A model generated the notes under the pieces. The model ran no database searches. It was not told the DNA's origin and saw only the letters and a list, made by a program, of their open reading frames with translations. Positions 33,805 to 43,956 of a stretch of 64,000 nt of DNA are shown in pieces. The stretch is from Dehalococcoidia bacterium (GTDB lineage Bacteria > Chloroflexota > Dehalococcoidia > UBA2979): contig OZ253555.1 in NCBI GenBank assembly GCA_965262725.1, forward strand, positions 1,184,001 through 1,248,000. Reading direction: 5' to 3'. Each line of letters opens with the position of its first letter. Positions within the stretch are counted from its first letter, which is position 1. Made by a program: the position numbers and the translations under genes.

Positions 33805-35239
33805 CGAGACGCACTCGGGCGGCGCGCCTCACCCGTACATCCCTCATACGGACGAGGACCGCCGCATCATGCTCAAGCGGATCGGCTTAGCGTCGACCGC
33901 GGAGTTGTTCGACCAGATCCCGGAGCGCTTCCGCGATCCGCCGATCGATCTCCCGCCCGCGCTCTCCGAGCGCGAGCTGGTCGAGTTCATGGGCGCGCAG
34001 GCCGCCGAGAACGCGGCGGCCCAGGTGCATCCGACGTTTCTCGGCGCCGGTGCCTACCGGCGGGCGGTACCCGTGATCGCCGGGAGCCTCGTCCAGCGAG
34101 GCGAGTTCGCAACCGCCTACACGCCGTACCAGCCCGAGATCAGCCAGGGGACGCTGCAGGCGGCCTTCGAGTTTCAGTCGGTCGTCTGCGAACTGACGGG
34201 CATGGAGGTCGCGAATACCGGCCTCTACGATGTCGGGAGCGCGACCGCGGAGGCTGTGCTGATGGCGGCGCGCATCACGCGGCGCCGCTCCGTTGCCGTG
34301 CTGGAGCCGATCCACCCCGGCACGCTCGACGTGCTGCGCACCTACGCCTACGCCGCCGACCTCGAACTCGACGTGATCGGCGCGCCTATCGACGCCGCGG
34401 ATCCCGCCGCCGGCGTCGCGACGGCTCTCGGGGAGCGGCACGCCTGCCTCGTCGTGCAGCAGCCGGACTTCCTCGGGGCCATTGTGGATCTCGAGCTGCT
34501 CGCCGGAGTCGCTCACGAGACCGGTGCGCTCGTGATCGCCGTCTGCGATCCGCTCGCGCTCGGCTTGCTGCGCCCGCCCGGCGATGCCGGCGTGGACGTG
34601 GTGACGGGTGAGGGACGCGACCTCGCCGGTCCCGTCGGTTTCGGCGGTCCCTCACTCGGGCTCTTTGCCGCCCGCCACGATCACCTGCGCCAGCTCCCCG
34701 GGCGGATCGTGGGCCGCACGAGGGAGCTTCACGGAGCGCAGGGTGCGGACGGAGGGGACGCGGAGCCGCGCACCGGTTACGTGCTGACGCTTCAGGCGCG
34801 CGAACAGTTCATCCGGCGCGAGCGCGCCACGTCGAACTTCTCGACTGGGCAGCAGCTGGTTGCTCTCGGCTTCACCGTCGCGCTCGAGACGCTCGGCCCG
34901 CGAGGACTGCGTGAGAGCGCCGAGCTCTGCTACCAGCGCGCGCACGCGGCGGCCGCCCGCATCGACGCGCTTCCGGGCTACTCGGCCGCCGGGCGCGGGG
35001 ATTGGTGGTTCCAGGAGTTCCTGCTGCGGGGACCCGTCGCCCCGGGGGAGCTGCTCGCGCGTCTTGCCGAGCGGGGCATCACGGGAGGGCTCGATGTCTC
35101 GGGACGCGCCGAACCGGAGGCGCGCGACGCAATCCTCGTGTGCGTGACCGAGGCGACGCCGCCCGGCCACGTGGACGCTCTGGTGGGGGCGCTGGCATCG
35201 ACCGGCGGGGGCCAGGCGGCAGAAGGTCCCCCCGCATGA
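33794..35239 (+). CDS. gcvPA: Glycine dehydrogenase subunit 1
   Basis: FLGAGAY, TAYTPYQPEISQG, LQAREQFIRRERATSN. Confidence 0.95.
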   Translation: MAHSETHSGGAPHPYIPHTDEDRRIMLKRIGLASTAELFDQIPERFRDPPIDLPPALSERELVEFMGAQAAENAAAQVHPTFLGAGAYRRAVPVIAGSLVQRGEFATAYTPYQPEISQGTLQAAFEFQSVVCELTGMEVANTGLYDVGSATAEAVLMAARITRRRSVAVLEPIHPGTLDVLRTYAYAADLELDVIGAPIDAADPAAGVATALGERHACLVVQQPDFLGAIVDLELLAGVAHETGALVIAVCDPLALGLLRPPGDAGVDVVTGEGRDLAGPVGFGGPSLGLFAARHDHLRQLPGRIVGRTRELHGAQGADGGDAEPRTGYVLTLQAREQFIRRERATSNFSTGQQLVALGFTVALETLGPRGLRESAELCYQRAHAAAARIDALPGYSAAGRGDWWFQEFLLRGPVAPGELLARLAERGITGGLDVSGRAEPEARDAILVCVTEATPPGHVDALVGALASTGGGQAAEGPPA

Positions 35240-36708
35240 ACGTCGTCGAGCGCGATATCGGCGCCCGCCTCGCCTTCGACCGCGGCGCACCGGGGCGACG
35301 GGCGGTGACCGTTCCCTCGTGGGAGGGGGAGCGCGCGCCGCTGCCGCCCGCCCGGCTGCTCCGCGATCGGCTCCGGCTGCCCGAGCTCTCGCAGGGCGAG
35401 GTCGTGCGCTACTACACGGCGCTCTCGCGATTGAACTATGGCATCGATTCAGGGACCTATCCGCTCGGATCCTGCACGATGAAGTACAACCCGAAGGTCG
35501 ACGACCTGATGGCAGCGCTTCCGGGATTCGCGGATGCCCACCCTCTGGAGGCGACGGAACGGGTCCAGGGGATCCTCCGCGTCGGCCAGGAGTTGCAGGA
35601 TGCGCTCTGTTCTCTCACCGGCTTCGCTGCGGCGAGCCTGGCGCCGGCGGCGGGGGCGCAGGGTGAGCTAGCCGGCGTCCTGATGGTGAAGCGCGCTCTC
35701 GCCGATCGCGGCGACCTCGCGACACGGCGCCGCGTCCTGGTGCCGGACAGCGCGCACGGCACGAATCCGGCGACGGCGGCGATGGCCGGCTTCACGGTGA
35801 CGCAGATCCCCTCCGCCGCCGACGGCTCCATGGATCGCGCGGCGCTCGAGAGCGAACTCGACGACAGCGTCGCCGCTGCGATGGTCACGATGCCCAACAC
35901 GCTCGGCCTCTGGGAGCGTGGCATCGACGAAGTGGCGGCACGGGTGCACGCGGCCGGCGCCTACCTCTACGCCGACGGCGCGAACCTCAATGCGATCCTT
36001 GGGCGGGCGCGCTTCAGGGATCTCGGTTTCGACGTGGCGCACGTCAACCTGCACAAGACCTTCTCGACCCCGCACGGTGGCGGAGGCCCGGGCGCCGGTC
36101 CCGTGCTGTGCGGAGCGGAGCTTGCCCCGTACCTCCCTGCCCCCGTCGTCGTGGCGGATGAGGTCGGCCTCTGTCTCGGGAGACCGGAGCGGTCGATCGG
36201 GCGCCTGCAGCAGTTCCATGGTTCATACGGCGTGCTCGTGCGCGCCTACGCCTACGTGCGGTCGATGGGGCTCGACGGCCTGCGGGCCGTCTCCGAGCAC
36301 GCAGTGCTGAACGCGAATTACCTGCGCGCGCTGCTCGTGCACGCGTACGACCTGCCGTACGACCAGGGCCGGGTCCTGCACGAGGTGGTGCTGGCGGGCA
36401 CCAGGCAGCGGCGCGAGCATGGGGTTCGCACGTACGACATCGCCAAGCGCCTCATCGACCACGGCTTCCACCCGCCGACCGTCTACTTCCCCCTGATCGT
36501 GGAGGAGGCGCTCATGATCGAGCCGACGGAGACGGAGCCCCGGGAGGCGGTGGAGGCATTCGCCGCCGCGATGCTCACCATCGCGGAGGAGGCGGCGCGC
36601 GACCCCGAACTCGTGCGCTCGGCACCAAGCGGCGCGCCGATCGGCCGACTGGACGAGGCGACGGCGGCTCGGCGGCCGGATCTGCGCTGGGTGCCCGCCG
36701 ACGAGTAG
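35236..36708 (+). CDS. gcvPB: Glycine dehydrogenase subunit 2
   Basis: YPLGSCTMKYNP, SAHGTNPA, NLHKTFSTPHGGGGPG, EPTETE. Confidence 0.96.
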   Translation: MNVVERDIGARLAFDRGAPGRRAVTVPSWEGERAPLPPARLLRDRLRLPELSQGEVVRYYTALSRLNYGIDSGTYPLGSCTMKYNPKVDDLMAALPGFADAHPLEATERVQGILRVGQELQDALCSLTGFAAASLAPAAGAQGELAGVLMVKRALADRGDLATRRRVLVPDSAHGTNPATAAMAGFTVTQIPSAADGSMDRAALESELDDSVAAAMVTMPNTLGLWERGIDEVAARVHAAGAYLYADGANLNAILGRARFRDLGFDVAHVNLHKTFSTPHGGGGPGAGPVLCGAELAPYLPAPVVVADEVGLCLGRPERSIGRLQQFHGSYGVLVRAYAYVRSMGLDGLRAVSEHAVLNANYLRALLVHAYDLPYDQGRVLHEVVLAGTRQRREHGVRTYDIAKRLIDHGFHPPTVYFPLIVEEALMIEPTETEPREAVEAFAAAMLTIAEEAARDPELVRSAPSGAPIGRLDEATAARRPDLRWVPADE

Positions 36709-36756
36709 CCCCGGCCACCGGCGTCCGTCGGCGACGCCTGGTCGGGGCGGCGCTCA

Positions 36757-37038
36757 CTACGGCCGGGCGGAATGCCCCCCGCCGGACATTGCCGGGAGGA
36801 TCTGAACCTCGGCGTCCTCGGGAACCGAGCGGACGAGGCCCGTGGCGGCGGTGACACCGTTCACGGCGAGCTGGATGCCCGGGCGCACCATGCCGTCCTC
36901 GACGATCAGCGCGTGGATGCCCGGGCACTCCGGATCTAGGTTCTCGATCACCTGCCGGAGCGTCGCCCCGTCGACCTCCACCGAGTGGCGGCCGCCGCAG
37001 AGCTGGCGCATCGACGCGGGGACAAAGACGATCGCCAT
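36757..37038 (-). CDS. MoaD/ThiS-family sulfur carrier protein
   Basis: Beta-grasp pattern, LAVNG, ILPAMSGG plus a short extension. Confidence 0.88.
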   Translation of the reverse strand: MAIVFVPASMRQLCGGRHSVEVDGATLRQVIENLDPECPGIHALIVEDGMVRPGIQLAVNGVTAATGLVRSVPEDAEVQILPAMSGGGHSARP

Positions 37039-37111
37039 CGACGGCCCCCCAGGCCGGCGACAACCCCGCGGGGAGCCGCCGGCTTCTCTCGAGGTTGCGC
37101 CCGCGTCGTGT

Positions 37112-39394
37112 CTACTGCTCCGGCAGCATTTCCTCGAGTAGCACGCGCGGCGAGGCGGGAAGCGTCCGCGCCCGCACGCCGGTTGCCTGGTAGATGGCGT
37201 TTGCGATGGCGGCGAGCGGCGGCACGATCGGCACCTCGCCCACTCCGCGCACGCCGTAGGGGTGGCCGGGGTTCGGCTCCTCCACCAGGATGGTCTCGAT
37301 CTGCGGCACGTCGAGCGTGGTCGGCATGCGGTAGTCGAGCAGGCTCGCGTTGCGCATTCGGCCCTCGTCGTCGTAGACGTACTCCTCCGTCAGGGCCATC
37401 CCGATGCCCTGTACGGCACCTCCCTGAATCTGACCCTCTACGTAGTCGGGATGGATGGCCGTTCCGACATCCTGGATCGCGGTGTAGCGCAGCACCTGCA
37501 CCTTGGCAGTATCGGGATCGACCTCGACGTCGACGATGTGGCAGGCAAAGGTGGGCCCGACGCCCTCCGGCGTGACGTCCGCCTTCCCCTGCACCGTGCC
37601 GCCGGTGTGGTGCAGTTGCCTCGCAATCTCCACGAAGCTCAGTGATCGCTCCTCGGGGCCGCGGATGACGCCGTCGTCGTCGTAGTGCACGAGCGAGGGG
37701 TCGACCTCCCAGATGAGCGCTGCGCGGGCCTCGAGTTCGCGGCGAATCTCGAGGCCCGCCTCGTGGACGGCCCAGCCGGTGGCAAACGTGGTGCGGCTGC
37801 CGCCGGTGACGGCCGTGTAGCCGATCGAGTCGGTGTCGACGACGATGGGCTTCACCTGCTCGTAGTCGATGCCGAGCGTCTCGGCGATCTGCATGGCGAG
37901 CGCCGCTCGCTGCCCGCCGATATCCACCGAGCCCAGAACCAGACTGACGGTGCCGTCGCGGTTGACGGTAGCGTAGGCTGACGACTCCAGCCCGCCGTTG
38001 CTCCAGTAGCCCATGGCGATACCGCGTCCTCGGTTCGCGCCCTGCAGTTCTGAGTTCCAGTGTGGACTCTCCTCGGCGGCCGTCATCACGGCCTCGTTGC
38101 CGATCGAGTGGAAGGCGGCGCCGTCGATGCGGCGCGTGCCGTCGACGGCGGCGTTGTGCTGCCTGAGCTTGAGCGGATCGATGTCGAGCTGCTCGGCGAG
38201 CTCGTCGAGGGTCGATTCCATGGCGAAGGAGCCGGCAGGAGCCCCCGGTGCGCGGTAGGCGGAGACCTTGGGCTTGTTAACGATAACGTCGTAGCAGTCG
38301 GCGCCTTGGTTAGGGATTCTGTACGGGGAGAACATGCACATCCCGCCGGCGCCGACGGGCGACCCGGGATACGCGCCGGCCTCGTAGGCGAGGTAGGCCT
38401 CGGCGGCGGTGAGTGTCCCGTCGCGCTTCGCGCCGAGCTTCACGCGGATGTAGGTGGCCGATGTTGGCCCGGTGGCGGTGAGCACCTCGTCGCGCTGCAT
38501 GATCATCTTCACCGGGCGGCCGGTCTTCTTCGACAAGACGGCGGCCATAGGCTCCATGTAGATCGGGATCTTTCCGCCGAAGCCGCCCCCGATCTCCATC
38601 GGGACGACGCGGATCTTGGAGACGGGGAGCTTCAGCACGCGCGCGAGCTGGTCCCTCATCAAGAAGGGGCCCTGCGTGGAGAGCCAGACGGTCAACTCGC
38701 CGCTCTCGTTCCAGAGCGCCGTCCCATTGTGCGACTCGATGTAGCCCTGATGCGCCGTGCCCGTCTCGTACTCGCGCTCGATCACGACCTCGGCCTCGGC
38801 GAAGCCCTGGTCGAGGTCTCCGATCTCCAGGCGCAGGTGGCTCGCGGTGTTCGGGATGTCGTTCTCGCTGCGCGGGCCAGGGCTGAAGCGTGCCAGCATC
38901 TCCACCGTATGCATGTTGGGGTGGATGCGTGGGGCGCCCTCGGCCATCGCCTCGTGGACGGAGAGCACCGGCGGCAGCGGCTCGTACTCGACCTCGATGA
39001 GCTGGAGCGCGTCCTCGGCGATGTGCGGGTCGGTCGCGGCCACGGCAGCGACCGCATGCCCGTGGTAGAGCGCGCGGTCGGAGGCGAGCACGTTGTCGAC
39101 GAGCCACTTCAGGTTCGAGGCGGTCTCGCCGAGGTCCGTGATCGCGTCCTCCGCGGCTGGGAAGTCGGCCTGCGTGATCACCGCCTTCACTTCCGGTAGC
39201 GCGAGCGCCTTCGCCGGGTCGATCCGCACGATGCGGGCATGCGCGTGTGGGCTGCGCAGCACGCGCCCGTAGAGCATCCCAGGCAGCCGGATGTCGGATC
39301 CGTAGTTGGCTCGTCCGGTCACCTTGTCGGTTCCGTCCGGCCGCACGGGGCGGGTGCCCACCACGCGATACGGCTTCTTGGCGGGGGCGACCAT
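37112..39394 (-). CDS. Xanthine dehydrogenase-family molybdopterin-binding subunit
   Basis: KVTGRANY, GGGFGGK, AYRAPG, GQIQGG, RGVGE. Confidence 0.95.
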   Translation of the reverse strand: MVAPAKKPYRVVGTRPVRPDGTDKVTGRANYGSDIRLPGMLYGRVLRSPHAHARIVRIDPAKALALPEVKAVITQADFPAAEDAITDLGETASNLKWLVDNVLASDRALYHGHAVAAVAATDPHIAEDALQLIEVEYEPLPPVLSVHEAMAEGAPRIHPNMHTVEMLARFSPGPRSENDIPNTASHLRLEIGDLDQGFAEAEVVIEREYETGTAHQGYIESHNGTALWNESGELTVWLSTQGPFLMRDQLARVLKLPVSKIRVVPMEIGGGFGGKIPIYMEPMAAVLSKKTGRPVKMIMQRDEVLTATGPTSATYIRVKLGAKRDGTLTAAEAYLAYEAGAYPGSPVGAGGMCMFSPYRIPNQGADCYDVIVNKPKVSAYRAPGAPAGSFAMESTLDELAEQLDIDPLKLRQHNAAVDGTRRIDGAAFHSIGNEAVMTAAEESPHWNSELQGANRGRGIAMGYWSNGGLESSAYATVNRDGTVSLVLGSVDIGGQRAALAMQIAETLGIDYEQVKPIVVDTDSIGYTAVTGGSRTTFATGWAVHEAGLEIRRELEARAALIWEVDPSLVHYDDDGVIRGPEERSLSFVEIARQLHHTGGTVQGKADVTPEGVGPTFACHIVDVEVDPDTAKVQVLRYTAIQDVGTAIHPDYVEGQIQGGAVQGIGMALTEEYVYDDEGRMRNASLLDYRMPTTLDVPQIETILVEEPNPGHPYGVRGVGEVPIVPPLAAIANAIYQATGVRARTLPASPRVLLEEMLPEQ

Positions 39395-39442
39395 GGTGCT
39401 TCCTTCCGTGCGGCGGCGCTGCCTTCAGCGCCCGCTCGCTCT

Positions 39443-39928
39443 CTAGCCCGCGGGAACGTCGACCCGGTCGGCGGCGTCCATGACGGCGGTGATGATCTTA
39501 TCGTAGCCCGTGCAGCGGCACAGGTTCCCGGCGAGCCAGTAGCGCACCTGCTCCTCGCTGGGACGGGGATGCTTGCTCAGGAGGGCGTGCGCCGCGACGA
39601 GGAAGCCCGGCGTACAGATGCCGCACTGCAGTGCGCCTCTCTCTAGGAAGGTCTCCTGCACAGGGATCAGCCCGTCGTGCCGGGCCAGTCCCTCCACGGT
39701 GGTCACCTGCGCGCCCTCGGTCTCGGCGGCCATCACCAGGCAGGCGTTCACGAGCCGGCCGTCTAGCATCACCGCACAGGCGCCGCAGTTGCCGTTGTTG
39801 CATCCCTCCTTGCTGCCCATCAGGCCGAGCCGATCCCGCAGCGCTTCGAGCAGCGAGTCGCGCTCGTCGGCGAGGAATTCCGTGGGTTCGCCGTTGATCT
39901 CGGCGGTGATGATGGTTCGGCTGCTCAT
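39443..39928 (-). CDS. Xanthine dehydrogenase-family 2Fe-2S subunit
   Basis: GCNNGNCGAC, QCGICTPG, GNLCRCTGY. Confidence 0.96.
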   Translation of the reverse strand: MSSRTIITAEINGEPTEFLADERDSLLEALRDRLGLMGSKEGCNNGNCGACAVMLDGRLVNACLVMAAETEGAQVTTVEGLARHDGLIPVQETFLERGALQCGICTPGFLVAAHALLSKHPRPSEEQVRYWLAGNLCRCTGYDKIITAVMDAADRVDVPAG

Positions 39929-40812
39929 GGGTGACTCGCGACCTCCTCGCCCCGGGCACGGCGCGCCGCGTCCCGCAGGGTGCGCTCCGTCAGCACGCCG
40001 GCCAGATGCCGCCGCTGCCGGACGGAGCCGCGCATGTCGTCGATCGGCCGCACCGCGGAGCTCGCGGCGGCGGCGGCGGCGGCGATGGTGTCGTCCGACA
40101 GCGGGTGCCCGACGAGCGCCTCTGTCGCCTCCTCCACGAGGAGCACGGTCGGTGCGGCGGCGCCGACCACGACGCACGCCTCGGCGACGTTCCCGCCATC
40201 GAAGCGCAGAGATGAGGCGACGTTGACGACGGCGATGTCCATCTCGTTCCGGGGGATGAACCTGAGGAAGCGTGCACCGCTCTCCGGTCTCGGCGCCGGC
40301 ACCTCGAGTGCGACCACGAACTCGCCCTCCTTGAGCACGTTCTGGCCCGGGCCCGTCGTGAAATGCGCCACGGGTACGCGCCGGTCGCCCCCCGGGCCGG
40401 CAATGATGGCGGTCGCGCCGAGCGCGATGAGAGGCGGAACGCCATCCGCCGCCGGCGACGAGTTGCAGAGGTTCCCCCCGAGGCTCGCGCGGCCCTGGAT
40501 TGCGGTTCCTCCGATCAGGGAGGTGGCGTCGATCAGCACGGGGTACGCTTTCCTGACGGCAGCATCGCCGTATATGCGGTAGCAGGGGGTCGCCGCGCCG
40601 AGGGTGAGTCCATCGCCATCCGCCCCGCGCACGGCGACCACTTCCGGGATGTGCTTGATGTCGACGAAGAGCGCGATCTCGTGGGTGCGCTCCCGCGCCT
40701 GGACGATCACGTCCGTGCCTCCGGCGAGGACGCGTGCGGTCGGCCCGCCGTCCGCGAGCAGCCGGGTGGCCTCCGCCACGTTCGATGCCCGCGCATACCT
40801 GAGGTCCTGCAT
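39925..40812 (-). CDS. Xanthine dehydrogenase-family FAD-binding subunit
   Basis: LAGGTD, ASLGGNLCNSSPAAD, PIDDMRGS. Confidence 0.95.
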   Translation of the reverse strand: MQDLRYARASNVAEATRLLADGGPTARVLAGGTDVIVQARERTHEIALFVDIKHIPEVVAVRGADGDGLTLGAATPCYRIYGDAAVRKAYPVLIDATSLIGGTAIQGRASLGGNLCNSSPAADGVPPLIALGATAIIAGPGGDRRVPVAHFTTGPGQNVLKEGEFVVALEVPAPRPESGARFLRFIPRNEMDIAVVNVASSLRFDGGNVAEACVVVGAAAPTVLLVEEATEALVGHPLSDDTIAAAAAAASSAVRPIDDMRGSVRQRRHLAGVLTERTLRDAARRARGEEVASHP

Positions 40813-40857
40813 CCGCGCCCCTTTCGCAGTGCCGACGACTCCGCCGTCCGCACGAGC

Positions 40858-41616
40858 CTACTCTGGCGCCGCCACGTCGTCACGCGGAGCGGAAGCCTCG
40901 CGGGCGAGTCGCTCGAGCAGGTCGGCGACCAGCTCCGGTCGGTTGAGGAATGGCGAGTGCCCGACGGGCCACTCCACGACGGCCTCGGCCAGGCGTGAGT
41001 TCTCGCGCTGGGCGTCCGGCCGGATCGTGCGGTCGCGGCCGCACACCACGAACACCGCCGGGATCCCGCGCCATGCCACGCTTGTCGGCCGCTGTCGCGC
41101 CTCGGGCGGCCGCTCCTGCGGCGTGAGCCGCGCGGTCGCCCACGCCGCGTCCTCATCCGAGCAGTCTGAGTAGAAGGCCGTCCGCGCGTCGGCGGGTTCC
41201 ACGATGGTGGTCCCGTCGGGCTGCGGGCGCAGCGCAGCCTGGTATGAGGGATCCCGGTGGAGCACGGGATCGACGCCCTCCTCGTCGGGCATCGAGGCGC
41301 AGAGGTAGACGAGACTCCGCACGCGCCCGTGTCCCGCCGCGGCTTCCGTGATGATCGGCCCGCCGGCCGAGTGGCCGACGAGCACAAGCGGTCCGGGCGT
41401 GGCGTCCAGCGCCGCGCGTACGAGCCGCGCGTTCTCGTGCAGGTCGCCGATCACGCGCCGGTCGGGCGCAGTTGGGCGGCGGCGATCCACGAGCACGGTC
41501 GGAACGCCGCGCGGCTCGAGGGCGTCGACCACGCGTTCCCACGCCCACGGCCCGTGCCCGGCGCCGTGCACGAGGACGATCGTCGCCGCGGAGCTCGCGC
41601 TCGTGTCGTCAACCAC
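40858..41616 (-). CDS. Alpha/beta hydrolase
   Basis: VLVHG, GHSAGG, GHSPF. Confidence 0.9.
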   Translation of the reverse strand: MVDDTSASSAATIVLVHGAGHGPWAWERVVDALEPRGVPTVLVDRRRPTAPDRRVIGDLHENARLVRAALDATPGPLVLVGHSAGGPIITEAAAGHGRVRSLVYLCASMPDEEGVDPVLHRDPSYQAALRPQPDGTTIVEPADARTAFYSDCSDEDAAWATARLTPQERPPEARQRPTSVAWRGIPAVFVVCGRDRTIRPDAQRENSRLAEAVVEWPVGHSPFLNRPELVADLLERLAREASAPRDDVAAPE

Positions 41617-42508
41617 GCGTCTCTCCCCCGCTTTGCGGGCCCGACGGCGCGGCCCAGCAGACTTGGATCCACGCGGCGAGCGAGGTGAGCGCCACGCCCC
41701 AGCCGTCCAGGCGCTCCCTAACCGCCGCCACGTCGACCTGGTGTCCCGAGCGCTCGCGCCAGCTCAGCAGCGCGCGCATCTGCTCCGGATCGCGGTCGCC
41801 GACCGTGTCGTCCGTGCGCTGGGCGTAGCGGACCGGCCGCCCGAGCGCGCGCGAGAATGCGCTGGCGACGGCCTCGAGCGTGAGTTCGTCGCCGGCGAGA
41901 TCGATCGCGGCCCCCTGCGTCTCCTCGGGTCGCGCAAAGACCTCAGCGACGACGGCGGCGATGTCGCGCACGGCGACGAGTTGCTGCCGCATCCCGGGGG
42001 CGAACGGGCCATCCAGCACACCTGCCTCGATGCGCTGGCGGCGAAGTAGGTAGTTCTCCATGAACGTCACTGGCCGGAGGAGCGTGTGCGGGACGCCGGC
42101 CTCGGCGAGGTACTGAGCGGCGCGCCACTTCACTTCGTAGTTCGTGACCCCGCTGCCGCCGTGCGCCGCCCCCGCCGAGGAGGAGTAGACGAGGTGTCGG
42201 ACGCCCGCGCCGGCGGCGGTGTCGGCCGCCCGGCACACTGATCGGAACTCGTGCTCCGGCGCGACGCCCGAGGGTTGCATCAGGAAGACGCCAGAGGCGC
42301 CGCGCATCGTCGCCACGAGGGAGGCCTCGGTAGTCCCGGTGGGGACGACCTCGACGCCGACCCGGGCGAGCTCGCGCGCCCGGGTCGAGGTGGTGTCGCG
42401 CGTCAGCGCGCGCACGCGCCACCCCCGGGCGAGCAACGCCTGCGACACGGCGTAGCCTTGTCGGCCGGTCGAGCCGAACACGACGACGGCGCTCCCGCGT
42501 CCGCTCAC
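41609..42508 (-). CDS. NmrA-family NAD(P)-binding protein
   Basis: VFGSTGRQG, LVYSS, LRPVTFMENY. Confidence 0.9.
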   Translation of the reverse strand: MSGRGSAVVVFGSTGRQGYAVSQALLARGWRVRALTRDTTSTRARELARVGVEVVPTGTTEASLVATMRGASGVFLMQPSGVAPEHEFRSVCRAADTAAGAGVRHLVYSSSAGAAHGGSGVTNYEVKWRAAQYLAEAGVPHTLLRPVTFMENYLLRRQRIEAGVLDGPFAPGMRQQLVAVRDIAAVVAEVFARPEETQGAAIDLAGDELTLEAVASAFSRALGRPVRYAQRTDDTVGDRDPEQMRALLSWRERSGHQVDVAAVRERLDGWGVALTSLAAWIQVCWAAPSGPQSGGETRG

Positions 42509-43470
42509 GGTTCCCTCCGCGGCCAGCCGTCTGCCGCGCCGCCGTCTGGATCCGCGCCGGCTCCGAAGAAGTCGAGCAGGGCGTGTGCGTAGAGGTCGGG
42601 GGCGAGGAAGGGAGCGGCGTGGTCCATACCGTGCAGGATCCCGGCCCGCGCGTTCGGGATCGCCTCTACCACCCGCGCCTGGTCGGCGAGGGGATCGGCG
42701 CCGGACCGGAGCCGGCCCGCGTCACCGCAGAGCACGAGCGTCCTCGCGCGAATCGCCGCCACGCGCTCCCACGTCGCGTAGCACTCGATGGCGGCCGGGG
42801 CCGCGGCCGGCCAGCCCGCGGGGCCGTACGTGTCGGTGCCGGGGCCCGAGGCCTCCGCGCTCTCGCTCCGTCCGAAACCGCCACTCGACGGGGAGTCGGG
42901 CGGCGTGCCGGTGCCGTACTCGCTCTGGAACACGGAGAGGAAGCGGCGCTGCGCCTCGTCGAGCGTGACCCGATCGAGCATGTCCGAGTAGCGCTCCCAC
43001 AGCGCCAGGAGGTGCGCGCCATCGGCGGCGGGGGGCTCGTAGGGGACGCGTATGTGGTGTTCCTGGCTCTGGGCGCGCGCCCCGGCCCAGTCGAGGAACT
43101 CGACGAGGGCCAGCCGATCCACGCGCTCGGGGAAGGCGGCGGCGGCCTCGGCGGCGATCACAGCGCCAGTCATGTGGCCGAGAAGATGCGCGCGCTCGAG
43201 ACCGAGCCCGTCAAGCAGCTGCGGGACGCGCGCGGCGTACTGGGCCACCTCGCCGTAGGGGACCGGCGGTCGCGCCGAGTCGCCGCAACCGGGTGTGTCC
43301 ATCGCGATCGCTCGCAACTGCTCGCCGAGCAGCGGGAGCACCGCGTGAAAGAGTTGCGGGTTGGGCGTTGAGTGCAGCAGGACCAGCGGCGGGAGCGAGG
43401 CGGACCCCGCCTCGTAGTAGTGGAGCTGTCCCTCGGGCGTGTCGACGAAGCCCCGGCGGATGGATGCGAT
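42505..43470 (-). CDS. Alpha/beta hydrolase-fold protein (likely ATC start; non-canonical nucleophile elbow)
   Basis: RRGFVDTPEGQLHY, DTPGCGDS, GHMTG; strong RBS upstream of ATC at 43470. Confidence 0.8.
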   Translation of the reverse strand: MASIRRGFVDTPEGQLHYYEAGSASLPPLVLLHSTPNPQLFHAVLPLLGEQLRAIAMDTPGCGDSARPPVPYGEVAQYAARVPQLLDGLGLERAHLLGHMTGAVIAAEAAAAFPERVDRLALVEFLDWAGARAQSQEHHIRVPYEPPAADGAHLLALWERYSDMLDRVTLDEAQRRFLSVFQSEYGTGTPPDSPSSGGFGRSESAEASGPGTDTYGPAGWPAAAPAAIECYATWERVAAIRARTLVLCGDAGRLRSGADPLADQARVVEAIPNARAGILHGMDHAAPFLAPDLYAHALLDFFGAGADPDGGAADGWPRREP

Positions 43471-43589
43471 TGCGCTCCTCCTCGCCCGCCCCCGCGCTAT
43501 GGCGGCGACTATAGTCGCTCGGCCGGCGGCGGCGTGCGCTACACTCCCCCGGCTCACGTTGAGCGCGCCGGTGAAGGAGGCGTCCACAG

Positions 43590-43916
43590 GTGATCTACGA
43601 GCTCCGTACGTATGAGGCCGTGCCGGGGAAGATGCGTGCTCTGCAGGCGCGCTTTCGCGACAAGACGCTTGCGATCTGGGAGAGACACGGCATCACGCCG
43701 GTGGGCTTCTGGACGTACGCTCACGGGGGGTGGACGAACCAGCTGGTCTACATGCTGCAGTTCGAGGATCTGGCGGACCGATCGGATCGCTTTGCGGCGT
43801 TTCGCACCGACCCGGAGTGGGCCGAGGCGGTGAGGGAGTCGGAGAAGGACGGGCCCCTCACGACGCGCACCCGCTCCGATTTCCTTCAGCCGACCGACTT
43901 CTCGCCGCTGAAGTAG
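43590..43916 (+). CDS. NIPSNAP-family protein
   Basis: MIYELRTY, F..DPEW, PTDFSP. Confidence 0.93.
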   Translation: MIYELRTYEAVPGKMRALQARFRDKTLAIWERHGITPVGFWTYAHGGWTNQLVYMLQFEDLADRSDRFAAFRTDPEWAEAVRESEKDGPLTTRTRSDFLQPTDFSPLK

Positions 43917-43956
43917 GGCTCCGGGCGGCGGCGGCGCCTGCCGGGGCTCCGGCGGG

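Noticed and set aside
37112-40812. Aerobic CO dehydrogenase (coxMSL)
   Set aside because: The active-site loop is AYRAPG, not AYxCSFR (form I) or AYRGAGR (form II), and no cox accessory genes are seen; substrate unknown.
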